A stretch of DNA of 64,000 nt, taken from NCBI GenBank assembly GCA_035291225.1, contig DATDSO010000004.1, positions 490,765 to 554,764 of the forward strand. The letters run 5' to 3'. The position numbers were made by a program, and so were the translations under genes. The DNA is from an archaeon. GTDB taxonomy: Archaea > Aenigmatarchaeota > Aenigmatarchaeia > Aenigmatarchaeales > JACQIB01. The notes below the pieces were generated by a model. The model saw only the letters and a program-made list of their open reading frames with translations. It searched no databases and was not told the origin of the DNA. Within the stretch, counting starts at the first letter, position 1, and each line of letters starts with the position of its first letter. Of this stretch, positions 55,240 to 63,952 are shown piece after piece.

Positions 55240-55817
55240 ATATTATGGCATTAGAAACTTTAACTCAACTTGAGAGATTGGGATTTCCGGATTTGCTTTT
55301 GTGGTTGTTGACTTTTGCGATTGTTTATGGAGTCTTGAGCCAAATCAAGATGCCAAAATCTGCGGCCTCGCGCGCAATTATCGGAATTGTTTCTGGGCTT
55401 TTTGTTTTGATGTTCGCGCCCGCAACTCTGATTTCTATTATTTCGAAAATGTCTACAAATTTGATTTTGCTGGTTTTAGGGTTGCTTGTTGTGATTATTT
55501 TCTTGGAAGCGAGCGGGGTTAAAGTTGCTCATGGGGAAATCGTTGCGTCACAGGGCGGTAAACCTGTCTACGTGAAAAATAAGAAAGTTAGCAGAGGCGC
55601 AGAATCTGTTTTCAGAAAACACTCAGTTGAATTTGGGATTTTAATTCTGATTTTGGTGGCTTTGGTATTTATTGGATCTGGCGGATTAAGTATCCTAGGA
55701 ATACAAAATATAAATTTCAGTGAAGGCAATATATTACCTATAGGAGTAATTGTTCTGGTTCTGTTAGCAGTATTATTCTTATACTCTGAAAAATCTGGAG
55801 ACGAGGGTGAGGAGTGA
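55236..55817 (+). CDS. Small polytopic membrane protein, paralogue 3
   Basis: LWLLTFAIVYGVLSQIKMPKSAASRAIIGIV... Confidence 0.6.
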   Translation: MNIMALETLTQLERLGFPDLLLWLLTFAIVYGVLSQIKMPKSAASRAIIGIVSGLFVLMFAPATLISIISKMSTNLILLVLGLLVVIIFLEASGVKVAHGEIVASQGGKPVYVKNKKVSRGAESVFRKHSVEFGILILILVALVFIGSGGLSILGIQNINFSEGNILPIGVIVLVLLAVLFLYSEKSGDEGEE

Positions 55818-56361
55818 TTTTATGGCTATAGATTTATCAACTTTGCAAAGTTTAGGTCTGCCGGAAATAACTTTATGGCTACTCAGCTTTGCGATTCTTT
55901 ACGGATTAATGAGTCAGGTAAAGATTCCGGAATCTCAGGCAGCGCGCGCAATAATTTCGATTGTGATTGCATTTTTTGTAATTCTTTCCGCGCCCCTTGC
56001 TTTAACAAATGTCCTTTCCAAAATGACATCGAGTCTAGTCATCGTGTTGATAGGAATAATTGTACTGCTTATTTTTGTAGAAGTGGCGGGAATAAAATCA
56101 TATAAAACAGTTCCCGTTATTGATGAAAAGGGAAAAGAAACAGGAAAACTGGAGCATGTAAAAGTCCCCATTTTTGAAGCGTATGGATATCTTTTTGTTG
56201 CGGCATTTCTTGCAATAGCTGCTCTTATTTTTGTAAATTCTGGCGGCCTCCAACTTTTAGGTTGGAATTTTAACTTAAGCCCAGTAGCTAGCACAACAAC
56301 AATATTTTTAATTATTATAATCATCGCAATTGTATGGATGGTAGGCGAGCGCAAGAAATAA
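55807..56361 (+). CDS. Small polytopic membrane protein, paralogue 4
   Basis: LWLLSFAILYGLMSQVKIPESQAARAIISIV... Confidence 0.6.
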   Translation: MRSDFMAIDLSTLQSLGLPEITLWLLSFAILYGLMSQVKIPESQAARAIISIVIAFFVILSAPLALTNVLSKMTSSLVIVLIGIIVLLIFVEVAGIKSYKTVPVIDEKGKETGKLEHVKVPIFEAYGYLFVAAFLAIAALIFVNSGGLQLLGWNFNLSPVASTTTIFLIIIIIAIVWMVGERKK

Positions 56362-56398
56362 AAGCTTCTTTTATAAACCGCCGTGCAAATAACTTTCC

Positions 56399-57511
56399 AT
56401 GCACCCAGAAGCGGTTGAATCTCTCAAAGAAATTTCTGAAGATTTGCTGAAAGAATTTCCCGGAGCTATAAAAGCAATCTGGGTTTATGGCTCGGCTGCG
56501 CGCGGAACAGCAAAGCCGACTTCTGATATTGACATGATGGTTTTGCTTGATGATGTGCAGAAAGAAATTTCTTCCGGAATAATTGAAATGATTGACGGGC
56601 GTCTGCTTGAACTTACGAAGAAAATGCAAAAAGAGAAAAAGGTAAACTTTCACGCGCAGGCACCGAAAAAATTGAGCGACTGGTGGGATCTGCTCAGAAG
56701 CGGCGAGCCGTGGGTTTTCACTTCAATGAGAGATGCGATCCCAATTTACGACCCTTCTGGATATATTGAACCAATTCAACGCCTGCTTTCCGCAGGAAGA
56801 ATGCACGGAACTTGGGAGCGCAGCCACATGCTTATTGAGCGCGCGCCCTTCCGCTTGCAAAGCGCGAGAAAAATCTTTATTGAGGAAATTACAGCAGATT
56901 TGCTTTCCGCAATGGTTGATTCATCGCATGCAGTTTTAATGTACGCCGGCACTGCGCCGCCATCTGCTCCACAGATAGGGGCTGAGATGAGAAGGCAGTT
57001 CTGCGAAAAGAATTTATTGGAGCCCGGCTTTCCTGAATTATATGAAGACTTTTTCGAAACTGTGAAGAAGATAGAGCATGGTGAGATGACTAAAGTTTCT
57101 GGGAAAGAATTGGACAAATGGATTGGCCGTACAAAAGCTTTTATTATTCGCATGGAAGGTTTGTTCGCTGTGCTCGAAACGGAGAAGAAAAAGGAATTAA
57201 TAGAGGAAGCTTACAAGGAAAGCACAGAAGCCTGCAGTTCTGCTTTGGGAAAGCTCGGAGTCTCTGTTGAGGAGGAAAAAGAAATTTTAAAATTCGTGGA
57301 GAGCCATCTGATAAAGCCGGGGCATGTTTCAAAAGCTTACATGGAAATTCTGAAAAAGATTTTCTCAATGAAGGATGCGCTCGAGTCTGGAAAACTTTCT
57401 GAACTGAGCGAAAAGGATATATACAGCTCGCATATGTACGCGAAAAATCTGCACTCTGCATTAGACGAAATAAAAATAAAACCGAGGGATAAACATGGAA
57501 AGCAAAGATAA
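56399..57511 (+). CDS. Pol-beta-superfamily nucleotidyltransferase with C-terminal helical (HEPN/KNTase_C-like) domain
   Basis: GS-x9-DID motif (YGSAARGTAKPTSDIDMMVLLDD). Confidence 0.7.
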   Translation: MHPEAVESLKEISEDLLKEFPGAIKAIWVYGSAARGTAKPTSDIDMMVLLDDVQKEISSGIIEMIDGRLLELTKKMQKEKKVNFHAQAPKKLSDWWDLLRSGEPWVFTSMRDAIPIYDPSGYIEPIQRLLSAGRMHGTWERSHMLIERAPFRLQSARKIFIEEITADLLSAMVDSSHAVLMYAGTAPPSAPQIGAEMRRQFCEKNLLEPGFPELYEDFFETVKKIEHGEMTKVSGKELDKWIGRTKAFIIRMEGLFAVLETEKKKELIEEAYKESTEACSSALGKLGVSVEEEKEILKFVESHLIKPGHVSKAYMEILKKIFSMKDALESGKLSELSEKDIYSSHMYAKNLHSALDEIKIKPRDKHGKQR

Positions 57512-58265
57512 AAAAATATCTATTATAAAAGATTTTTCAACAAGAATTCATAGAAACTACTCCAGACTGATAAAGGCTATCTGGTTTGTTCCTAATGGAG
57601 TCCAGAGCGTGATGTTTCTTATAGACGACACAAAGCCTTTGGACCTTACTTCTGTTGAGAGAATGAAAATTGATGCGAATTCCATTGAAAAAGAATTTGA
57701 AGAAAAAAAAGGCATGAAAATTGAAACTATATTTTATAATCTTACGGACTACTGGGAACTTGTACGGCACGGCTCGCCTGTGACTTTTACTGAAATTAGA
57801 GATGGGATTCCATTATTTGACCCGACAGGATTTTTTGTTCCAATAAAAAAACTTTTGCTGCAGGGAAGAATTCCTGGGACAAAGGAAGCAATGAAAAGTT
57901 TATTGGAGGAAGCCCCTCTGAGACTTTTAAGGATAGAGCGCTCGCACATGAACAGAATTGTGAATGAGCTTGCTGCAGCTGTTGTTGATGCTGGGCAGGC
58001 ACCTTTGCTTTTAGTTGGAGTTGCGCCGCCGACTGCGCGTGAGCTTGGAGAAAAATTAAAAATTCATTTAGTTGACAAAGGATTTCTTGAAGCCGAATAT
58101 GTGCGCTACTATGAGGAAGTTTTTGGATATATGAAAGCTGTTGAGCACGGAGAGGTTCAGCACATTTCTCCGGAAGAGCTTGAAAAGTTTTTGGACAAAA
58201 CAGAAAAATTTGTTGAGAGAATGGAAAAGCTGATGGGGGAGTTAGGGAAGAAAGGTAATTTATAA
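57495..58265 (+). CDS. Nucleotidyltransferase-like paralogue with degenerate catalytic motif
   Basis: Paralogous C-terminal region to the upstream gene. The GS/DxD motif is replaced (VPNGVQSVMFLIDD). Confidence 0.6.
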   Translation: MESKDKKISIIKDFSTRIHRNYSRLIKAIWFVPNGVQSVMFLIDDTKPLDLTSVERMKIDANSIEKEFEEKKGMKIETIFYNLTDYWELVRHGSPVTFTEIRDGIPLFDPTGFFVPIKKLLLQGRIPGTKEAMKSLLEEAPLRLLRIERSHMNRIVNELAAAVVDAGQAPLLLVGVAPPTARELGEKLKIHLVDKGFLEAEYVRYYEEVFGYMKAVEHGEVQHISPEELEKFLDKTEKFVERMEKLMGELGKKGNL

Positions 58266-58287
58266 ATTATAAAATGTTATACTTTTT

Positions 58288-58677
58288 ATGGCAAATAAAA
58301 TTTATTTAATTCCAAAACCAGAAACATTAAGAGCCGAGTTGAAAAAAGGAAAACTGACCGACAAGCAAGCTTATTCTATAGTTTCCAGTTTTGGGCGCGC
58401 AGCAAAAAATAATGTAGGCCTCGCTCAGCAAAGATCTGATGAGTATAGAGAATCTCTTAAAGACGAAGAGCTTGAAACTCTTGTTAAGAAAGCATCTGGT
58501 TATGCGAAACAAAATAATGAAAATCGGGGCGTAATAGGAGATGCAATTGTTTTATTGGGAATTAAAGGAGATGCACAGGCGTATGGCTGGCATGCTGACC
58601 TTAGAGAAGGCATTCCTGTGATTACAATATCTGCTCTAAAAAATATAGCGAAAAATGGAAGAGGTGAAGAAGCGTAA
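58288..58677 (+). CDS. Hypothetical protein
   Basis: 129 aa. Confidence 0.45.
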   Translation: MANKIYLIPKPETLRAELKKGKLTDKQAYSIVSSFGRAAKNNVGLAQQRSDEYRESLKDEELETLVKKASGYAKQNNENRGVIGDAIVLLGIKGDAQAYGWHADLREGIPVITISALKNIAKNGRGEEA

Positions 58678-58683
58678 AGAGCT

Positions 58684-58923
58684 GTGCAGCAATTAATTGA
58701 TGTGGTTGAAAAAAACAAACCCGGAAGACAAAAATTAGTTGATGATATCTATGAACACATTTCTCCAGAAGAAAGAGGAAAACTTGTAGACGAAGTTGTG
58801 AGTTTCGCAGCAGAGCAAAAAATCGAAGGTTCAAAAGAATTTGCTAGAGATACAATACAACTTTTAGAAGCTGCAGGGCACAAAGGTAAAAAAGTTACAT
58901 ATAATTACGCTAATCAAAAATAG
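58684..58923 (+). CDS. Hypothetical small protein
   Basis: 79 aa. Confidence 0.4.
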   Translation: MQQLIDVVEKNKPGRQKLVDDIYEHISPEERGKLVDEVVSFAAEQKIEGSKEFARDTIQLLEAAGHKGKKVTYNYANQK

Positions 58924-58983
58924 AAAATTTCAAAATCTCCGCAGAATTTAAAGCTTTAAATATAATGAATATCTAAAAATTTT

Positions 58984-59592
58984 ATGCCAAAAGCAGAAAG
59001 TGGTATTTTAAATCCGAAAAAGGTTTTAGAAAAATTAAAATCACTTCCTGGGAAGTATGAAAGCACAGACCAGTACAAAGAAGCGATTGAGTTTGGCTAT
59101 AATGTTGTTTCTGAAATTATGAAGCTTTGCCGCGAGGGCAGCGGACAGAAAGCAAAAAAAACAGTTAATAAATTCTACAGAACTCTGGGGGCCGAAGAAA
59201 GGCATAGTTTAGTTACATTAGCCGAAACTTACGCTCAGCATAACAGGGGGACAGAAAAAGACATTGAAGGCGCGCAAGATGTTTTGGCAATTGATCGCAA
59301 AGTGGAGTTGATCAGATCAACCCCGGATGTCATGAGAGCGCAAGGATTTGATGAAAAGTATGTAAAGAAATCTTCTTACAGTGCAGTTGAAACTCTTGTA
59401 ACAGCAGCAACTCGCTACCCAGCTGTTGCTGGATTAGTTTCCTCTTTGGCAAGAAAAGAACCTGCTTCTGATCGAGCCAGCCTATTGGCTGAAGCGCAAG
59501 CTTATGTCAGAGAAGAACATCCGACTGGCGGTGAAAAAGTTCTTTCCCAAGCAGGTTTCCTAACAGCAGAAAATAAAAAGAAAAAATCTTAA
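58984..59592 (+). CDS. Hypothetical helical protein
   Basis: 202 aa. TATA CTTTAAATAT at 58954-58963. Confidence 0.5.
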   Translation: MPKAESGILNPKKVLEKLKSLPGKYESTDQYKEAIEFGYNVVSEIMKLCREGSGQKAKKTVNKFYRTLGAEERHSLVTLAETYAQHNRGTEKDIEGAQDVLAIDRKVELIRSTPDVMRAQGFDEKYVKKSSYSAVETLVTAATRYPAVAGLVSSLARKEPASDRASLLAEAQAYVREEHPTGGEKVLSQAGFLTAENKKKKS

Positions 59593-60236
59593 AATTTTAA
59601 AATCTCCGCGCCTGCTAAAGCTTTCCTTTCCAGCTCTTCCAAACTCTTCACTCCCTCCTCCAAACCTTTTACATAATTCAAATTCGCGTTTGTCTCAGGA
59701 TATTCTCCAACCAAAAAATTGCAGCAGTCTGGATAAGGCTTTATAGAAATTTCATAAGTCCCGAATTCTTTCGCGAGTTTTGTGATTTCTTCTTTGTCAA
59801 ATCCTACCAACGGTCTAAAAACTTTTTTTCCTGCAGCAGCCTCGTTTATCACAAACATATTCTGCAAAGTCTGCGAGGCAACTTGAGCTAAGCAATCTCC
59901 TGTGAGAAAACCTTTTGCTTTTTCTTTTTTTAGAATTTCTCCGGCAATTCTGAACATTGAGCGGCGGTACAAAATCATTCTAACATTGCTCGGCACAAGC
60001 TTTACAATTTCCATCTGCAGCTCGCGAAAGGGGATTAAATAAATTTTTTCGCATGGGATTTTTTTCGCAAGCTCAATAACTTTTTCCCGCACGCCCTCGC
60101 GCGCGCTTGTGTAATTGAAAAAATGCGCGCCAATAATTTTCCAGCCAAGATTTTTCATCATGGCCGAGGCGACTGGAGAGTCTATGCCGCCGGAGAGAAG
60201 AGAAATGAGTTTGCCTTTAGGTTTCATAAAAATCAT
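59589..60236 (-). CDS. ThiI-like PP-loop ATP pyrophosphatase (tRNA thiolation; lacks THUMP domain)
   Basis: SGGIDS PP-loop at the N-terminus, 215 aa. Confidence 0.75.
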   Translation of the reverse strand: MIFMKPKGKLISLLSGGIDSPVASAMMKNLGWKIIGAHFFNYTSAREGVREKVIELAKKIPCEKIYLIPFRELQMEIVKLVPSNVRMILYRRSMFRIAGEILKKEKAKGFLTGDCLAQVASQTLQNMFVINEAAAGKKVFRPLVGFDKEEITKLAKEFGTYEISIKPYPDCCNFLVGEYPETNANLNYVKGLEEGVKSLEELERKALAGAEILKF

Positions 60237-60240
60237 TTGG

Positions 60241-60516
60241 CGCCCAGGACAGGAATTTCTTTTCCTGATTTTGAATGCAGTCCACCTTTAATTTTTTCCC
60301 TTTTCCAATAAAAAAGAAAAGGTGGAAACCTGCGACCTGCTGGTGTCTTTTGCGCTCGCTTCGGTAAACCGAAGCTCGCAATAAATCATGTGACAAAATT
60401 ATTCGCCACGAAATTTATGGCAACTTATTTTCACATAATGACAGCGAGCGTGAAAAAATTATTTTTCACGCGAGCTCAATAACAGCCAGCCGCTCTTCCG
60501 GCTGAGCTACCTGGGC
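60241..60516 (-). tRNA. tRNA-Asn (GUU) with about 135-nt canonical 37/38 intron and a second about 80-nt insertion in the T-arm (boundaries unresolved)
   Basis: Minus strand: GCCCAGG-TA-GCTC-AGCCGGAA-GAGC-G-GCTGG-CTGTTA[intron]A-CCAGC-AGGTC-GCAGG...[insert]...CCTGT-CCTGGGC-G. TATA CTTTATAAATTT about 30 nt upstream on the minus strand. Confidence 0.55.
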
Positions 60517-60675
60517 ATAGACAAAATTCGGTGGGGGTAAATTTATAAAGAAAGTTTTACAGAAAACTTTTTTTGTAGGTTTAAGTCCTGGTATCAGCGT
60601 CAAAATTCTTCACTTCCCATAGGTAACGAAAGCTTTATATACTAGTTATGCGCATATATTTGTAGGTGAAAACAT

Positions 60676-61287
60676 ATGCCAGAATATCATTTCCAAAGTC
60701 CCGTGCCCGATGGTGTTATGAGATCTGTGGCGCGAAGAGCTGGGCGACAACGTCTCCTAATAGATACAACTAAGAATAAATATCCATTTTCAGATAAGAA
60801 GGAAAATCCATTTCTAGATAAATATCCATTTTCAGATAAGGAGAAAGGTCTATCTCCAGGTGAGAAGAAATATCCATTTCAAGATAAGAATAAAGATCCA
60901 TTTCTAGATAAGAAGAAATATCCATTTCAAGATAAGAATAAAGATCCATTTCAAGATGAGAATAAAGATCCACCTAAATATTTTTTAACTAAAGAGCCTC
61001 CTAAAGAAAGATTTGTCGTAGTCGATGGCAGGCAAGTTCTTGTTCTTGATGACGGGTGCGGAACACTTACAGTAAAAGGATATGTTGAAAGAATAGTAGA
61101 AACGCCGAAAGGAGCTGTTGGAGATGTTGAGCCTGTGAGTATGTCTAATAGAAGAGTAGTGGAATATGCTATTTTATTTGATTCAACACCATACATACCA
61201 TCAAATTTTGTGAAGGGAATTACTAGAGAACCTACAAGAGTTAGGTTTGATGAACCGACAGATGAATTTTTTTTGAGATTTAGATAA
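60676..61287 (+). CDS. Protein with tandem KYPF(S/Q)DK-x-K-x-PFLDK oligopeptide repeats and a C-terminal globular domain
   Basis: 203 aa. Repeats encoded by tandem DNA repeats at about 60772-60957. Confidence 0.6.
   Translation: MPEYHFQSPVPDGVMRSVARRAGRQRLLIDTTKNKYPFSDKKENPFLDKYPFSDKEKGLSPGEKKYPFQDKNKDPFLDKKKYPFQDKNKDPFQDENKDPPKYFLTKEPPKERFVVVDGRQVLVLDDGCGTLTVKGYVERIVETPKGAVGDVEPVSMSNRRVVEYAILFDSTPYIPSNFVKGITREPTRVRFDEPTDEFFLRFR
60772..60957 (+). repeat. In-frame tandem DNA repeat (about 30-60 nt units) encoding the K/D/F-rich peptide repeats
   Basis: Recurring AAATATCCATTT(T/C)(C/A)AGATAAG...GATCCATTTCTAGATAAG units. Confidence 0.6.
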
Positions 61288-61816
61288 AGCATAAAAATTA
61301 AATCTTTTTTCCGAAAATTTCGGAAGTTTCGAAATTTTTCTCATTTTCTCCGCGCAAACCTAAATCCAAAAACATATTTTCCACAATAGAAATGCTTTAA
61401 ATACCCTATCAAGAAATTAAATTATTGAATTGGCTTTGATTTGCGCGATTGGCGTCGTTCAAATCGCGGTTTCATTTCCTTGGCGGGAAATAAAACCAAA
61501 CATTGGCTTTTGTCCGTTGGATTCTTACAAACAGTGTTAAGTATCTTTCTCAAAAAACCTTGGCGGGTCTTTTAAAAAACAATTTCTCAACGCAGATAAG
61601 TAGCATTCATGCTTTAAAAGCATTTCGCTTTTTGAAAATATACATTTTTGCGCGGAATGTCGGAGAAGAATTTGGAAATTGCTCCGAGATTTTTGCGCTG
61701 CGTGCTTGCACGCTTTGCTTTTGCTCAAAAAAATTTTAAACGCGCGGGAAACCGTGTTCCGCTTACAGAAAAATTTTGCGGGAGAAACTTTCGCAAAAAT
61801 AATTTGGTGGTAAAAT

Positions 61817-62977
61817 ATGGTACAAACAGGAATACAATCCGCTTTTGAAAGAGCATTCGGCTCTGGCGGGCAATCACCAGCGCGCAACAACGCGCCGGGC
61901 GTGCAGGGAAGAATTGAGGACGCAGAGAAAGTCGATTGGGAAAAAAGAGTAGAGGAAGAATTCGACTTGCAAATGCACAAAGCGAAAATCATGGTTGTGG
62001 GCTGCGGTGGCGCAGGATGCAATACAGTGACTCGCTTAACAGAAATGGGCGCAACAGGCGCTGACATTTTAGCAATCAACACAGACGCAAAACATTTGGC
62101 AATCACAAAAGCGCACAAGAAAATTTTGATTGGAAAGGACACTACAAGAGGATTGGGCGCTGGAGGATATCCAGAAGTTGGAAGAAAAGCTGCAGAGGAA
62201 AACCGAACGCAGTTGAAGCAGGCTCTGGAAGGAGCTGACTTGGTTTTCATCACAGCAGGAATGGGCGGCGGAACCGGAACAGGCTCGGCCTCAGTTGTTT
62301 CGGAAATCGCAAAGTCAATGGGAGCAATTGTAATCGGAGCTGTCACAATGCCGTTCAAAATGGAAGGAACAAGAATCAACAAAGCAGAAGACGGGCTTTC
62401 CAAATTGCGCACTGTTTCAGACACAGTAGTTGTAATAGAAAACCAAAAACTTTTAGAATACGCGGGAAGCATGCCGCTGGCGCAGGCGTTTGCATTAGCA
62501 GACGAATTGATCTCAATGATGATCAAGGGAATAACTGAGACAATAACTGTCCCATCGCTTGTAAACTTGGACTTTGCGGATGTGAAAGCAATAATGAAGT
62601 GCGGCGGAGTTTCAGCAATCTGCGTTGGCGAATCAGACTCGCAGACTCGCGTGAAAGACGCTGTGCTAAAAGCAATCAACCACCCGCTTTTGGAAGTAGA
62701 TTACCAGGGAGCTCTCGGCGCGCTGGTTCACGTAGTATGCGGCCCAGACTGCACACTTGCTGAGATAAACGAGGCAGGCGAGCTAATCTCAAAGAGATTG
62801 AGCCCAGAAGCTCAAGTAATTTGGGGAGCGCGCGTTTTGCCAGAATACACAGGCAAAGTGCAAGTAATAGCAATCGTAACTGGAGTAAAAAGCCCGTACC
62901 TGCTCGGACCAATGGAAAGAACAGAAGCAGCAAGAGCAGCAGAGAATGAGCTTGGAATCCCTGTGCTTCTCAGATAA
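61817..62977 (+). CDS. ftsZ: Cell division GTPase FtsZ
   Basis: Tubulin signature GGGTGTG, GCGGAGCN T1 loop, 386 aa. Confidence 0.92.
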   Translation: MVQTGIQSAFERAFGSGGQSPARNNAPGVQGRIEDAEKVDWEKRVEEEFDLQMHKAKIMVVGCGGAGCNTVTRLTEMGATGADILAINTDAKHLAITKAHKKILIGKDTTRGLGAGGYPEVGRKAAEENRTQLKQALEGADLVFITAGMGGGTGTGSASVVSEIAKSMGAIVIGAVTMPFKMEGTRINKAEDGLSKLRTVSDTVVVIENQKLLEYAGSMPLAQAFALADELISMMIKGITETITVPSLVNLDFADVKAIMKCGGVSAICVGESDSQTRVKDAVLKAINHPLLEVDYQGALGALVHVVCGPDCTLAEINEAGELISKRLSPEAQVIWGARVLPEYTGKVQVIAIVTGVKSPYLLGPMERTEAARAAENELGIPVLLR

Positions 62978-63484
62978 AATCTGAGAAGTTGGGAACTCAA
63001 AACACAAAATCAAAAATCACACTCGCAAGAGCACACATGACTTTATGTGGTGTGTGAATATTAGCAAAACTGATATTGACACGCCTTATAAAGTCAGAAA
63101 ATAATAGATGACGCGAAATAAAGTACCGTCCCTATTATTTTCATAAAAAATATTTGGCGGGCGGCCGACTGCGCAATTTTTTTCAAACTTTGCACGGCCC
63201 CCGCTTTCTATATTTTTACTCAGAGGCAAATGAAAACAAATGATGATAAAAATGACTGATAGAAAATTTTTGCTTGAGTGTTTTGAGAAATATTTCCCCG
63301 GTGATACAAATGCCGTCGGAAATCCAGAAGTCGCAGGAAGAGCAGCCTGAGGATCCGCCATTCTTTTTAGTGCTTGGTGGAGAAAGGCACAATTAATCTC
63401 ATTTGAGCGAGCAAGCAGCTTTCTTACGCTGCAAGCAATGAGCTCTCATTTTTGTTTTTTAAATTAGATAAACAAAATTTTTAT

Positions 63485-63889
63485 ATGCATTCAAAAGGTC
63501 AAACATCATTTGAGTACATGGCTATTGTTGCGATTGTTCTTGTTCTGCTTGTTCCGATTTCGACTTATGTCTACCAGCAGTCAGAAACTTCAAATCGCGC
63601 GAAACAGGCAGAAATTGCAGTGAATTCAATTGCAGCAGCCGCTGATGCTTTATACTCTCAGGGAGAGAGCGCGAAAACAACTCTGAATGTAAATCTCCCC
63701 GCAGGCTATTTGCCGAAAGAAAGCTATATTAAAAATAGCATTATTTTAATTGCTTACACAACGCCGCTGGGAAAGCAGTCTGCTGTTTCGCACTCAAGAG
63801 CAAATATTACTGGCGGTTTCTCAGCGGGATTTGGTTTCAAAGCATTTACATTGAAAGTCATATCTGGTCAGGTAAACATAAGCGGGTGA
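63485..63889 (+). CDS. Archaeal type IV pilin-like protein with class III signal peptide
   Basis: MHSKG|QTSFEY with Glu at +5, then a hydrophobic helix MAIVAIVLVLLVPI. TATA TTTTTTAAATTAG at 63455-63467. The track ORF starts further upstream at 63452. Confidence 0.7.
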   Translation: MHSKGQTSFEYMAIVAIVLVLLVPISTYVYQQSETSNRAKQAEIAVNSIAAAADALYSQGESAKTTLNVNLPAGYLPKESYIKNSIILIAYTTPLGKQSAVSHSRANITGGFSAGFGFKAFTLKVISGQVNISG

Positions 63890-63952
63890 AATTATGATGT
63901 TTAAAATCTATGATTTTAAACAGCTTGTTGAAAACCATAGGAGGTTTTTAAC

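Noticed and set aside
45649-56361. Integrated virus or plasmid interpretation of the hypothetical block
   Set aside because: No integrase, capsid/portal/terminase-like sequences, attachment-site repeats or tRNA-adjacent boundary were recognisable. Kept as an uncharacterised gene block rather than called a mobile element.
61537-62679. 380-aa minus-strand ORF
   Set aside because: Lies antisense across ftsZ, which has unmistakable tubulin/FtsZ motifs. The translation is Ala/Ser/Pro-rich junk.
63086-63361. 91-aa minus-strand ORF in the ftsZ-pilin spacer
   Set aside because: No promoter in the right place and junk-like composition. The region is better explained as non-coding with a possible small plus-strand ORF.
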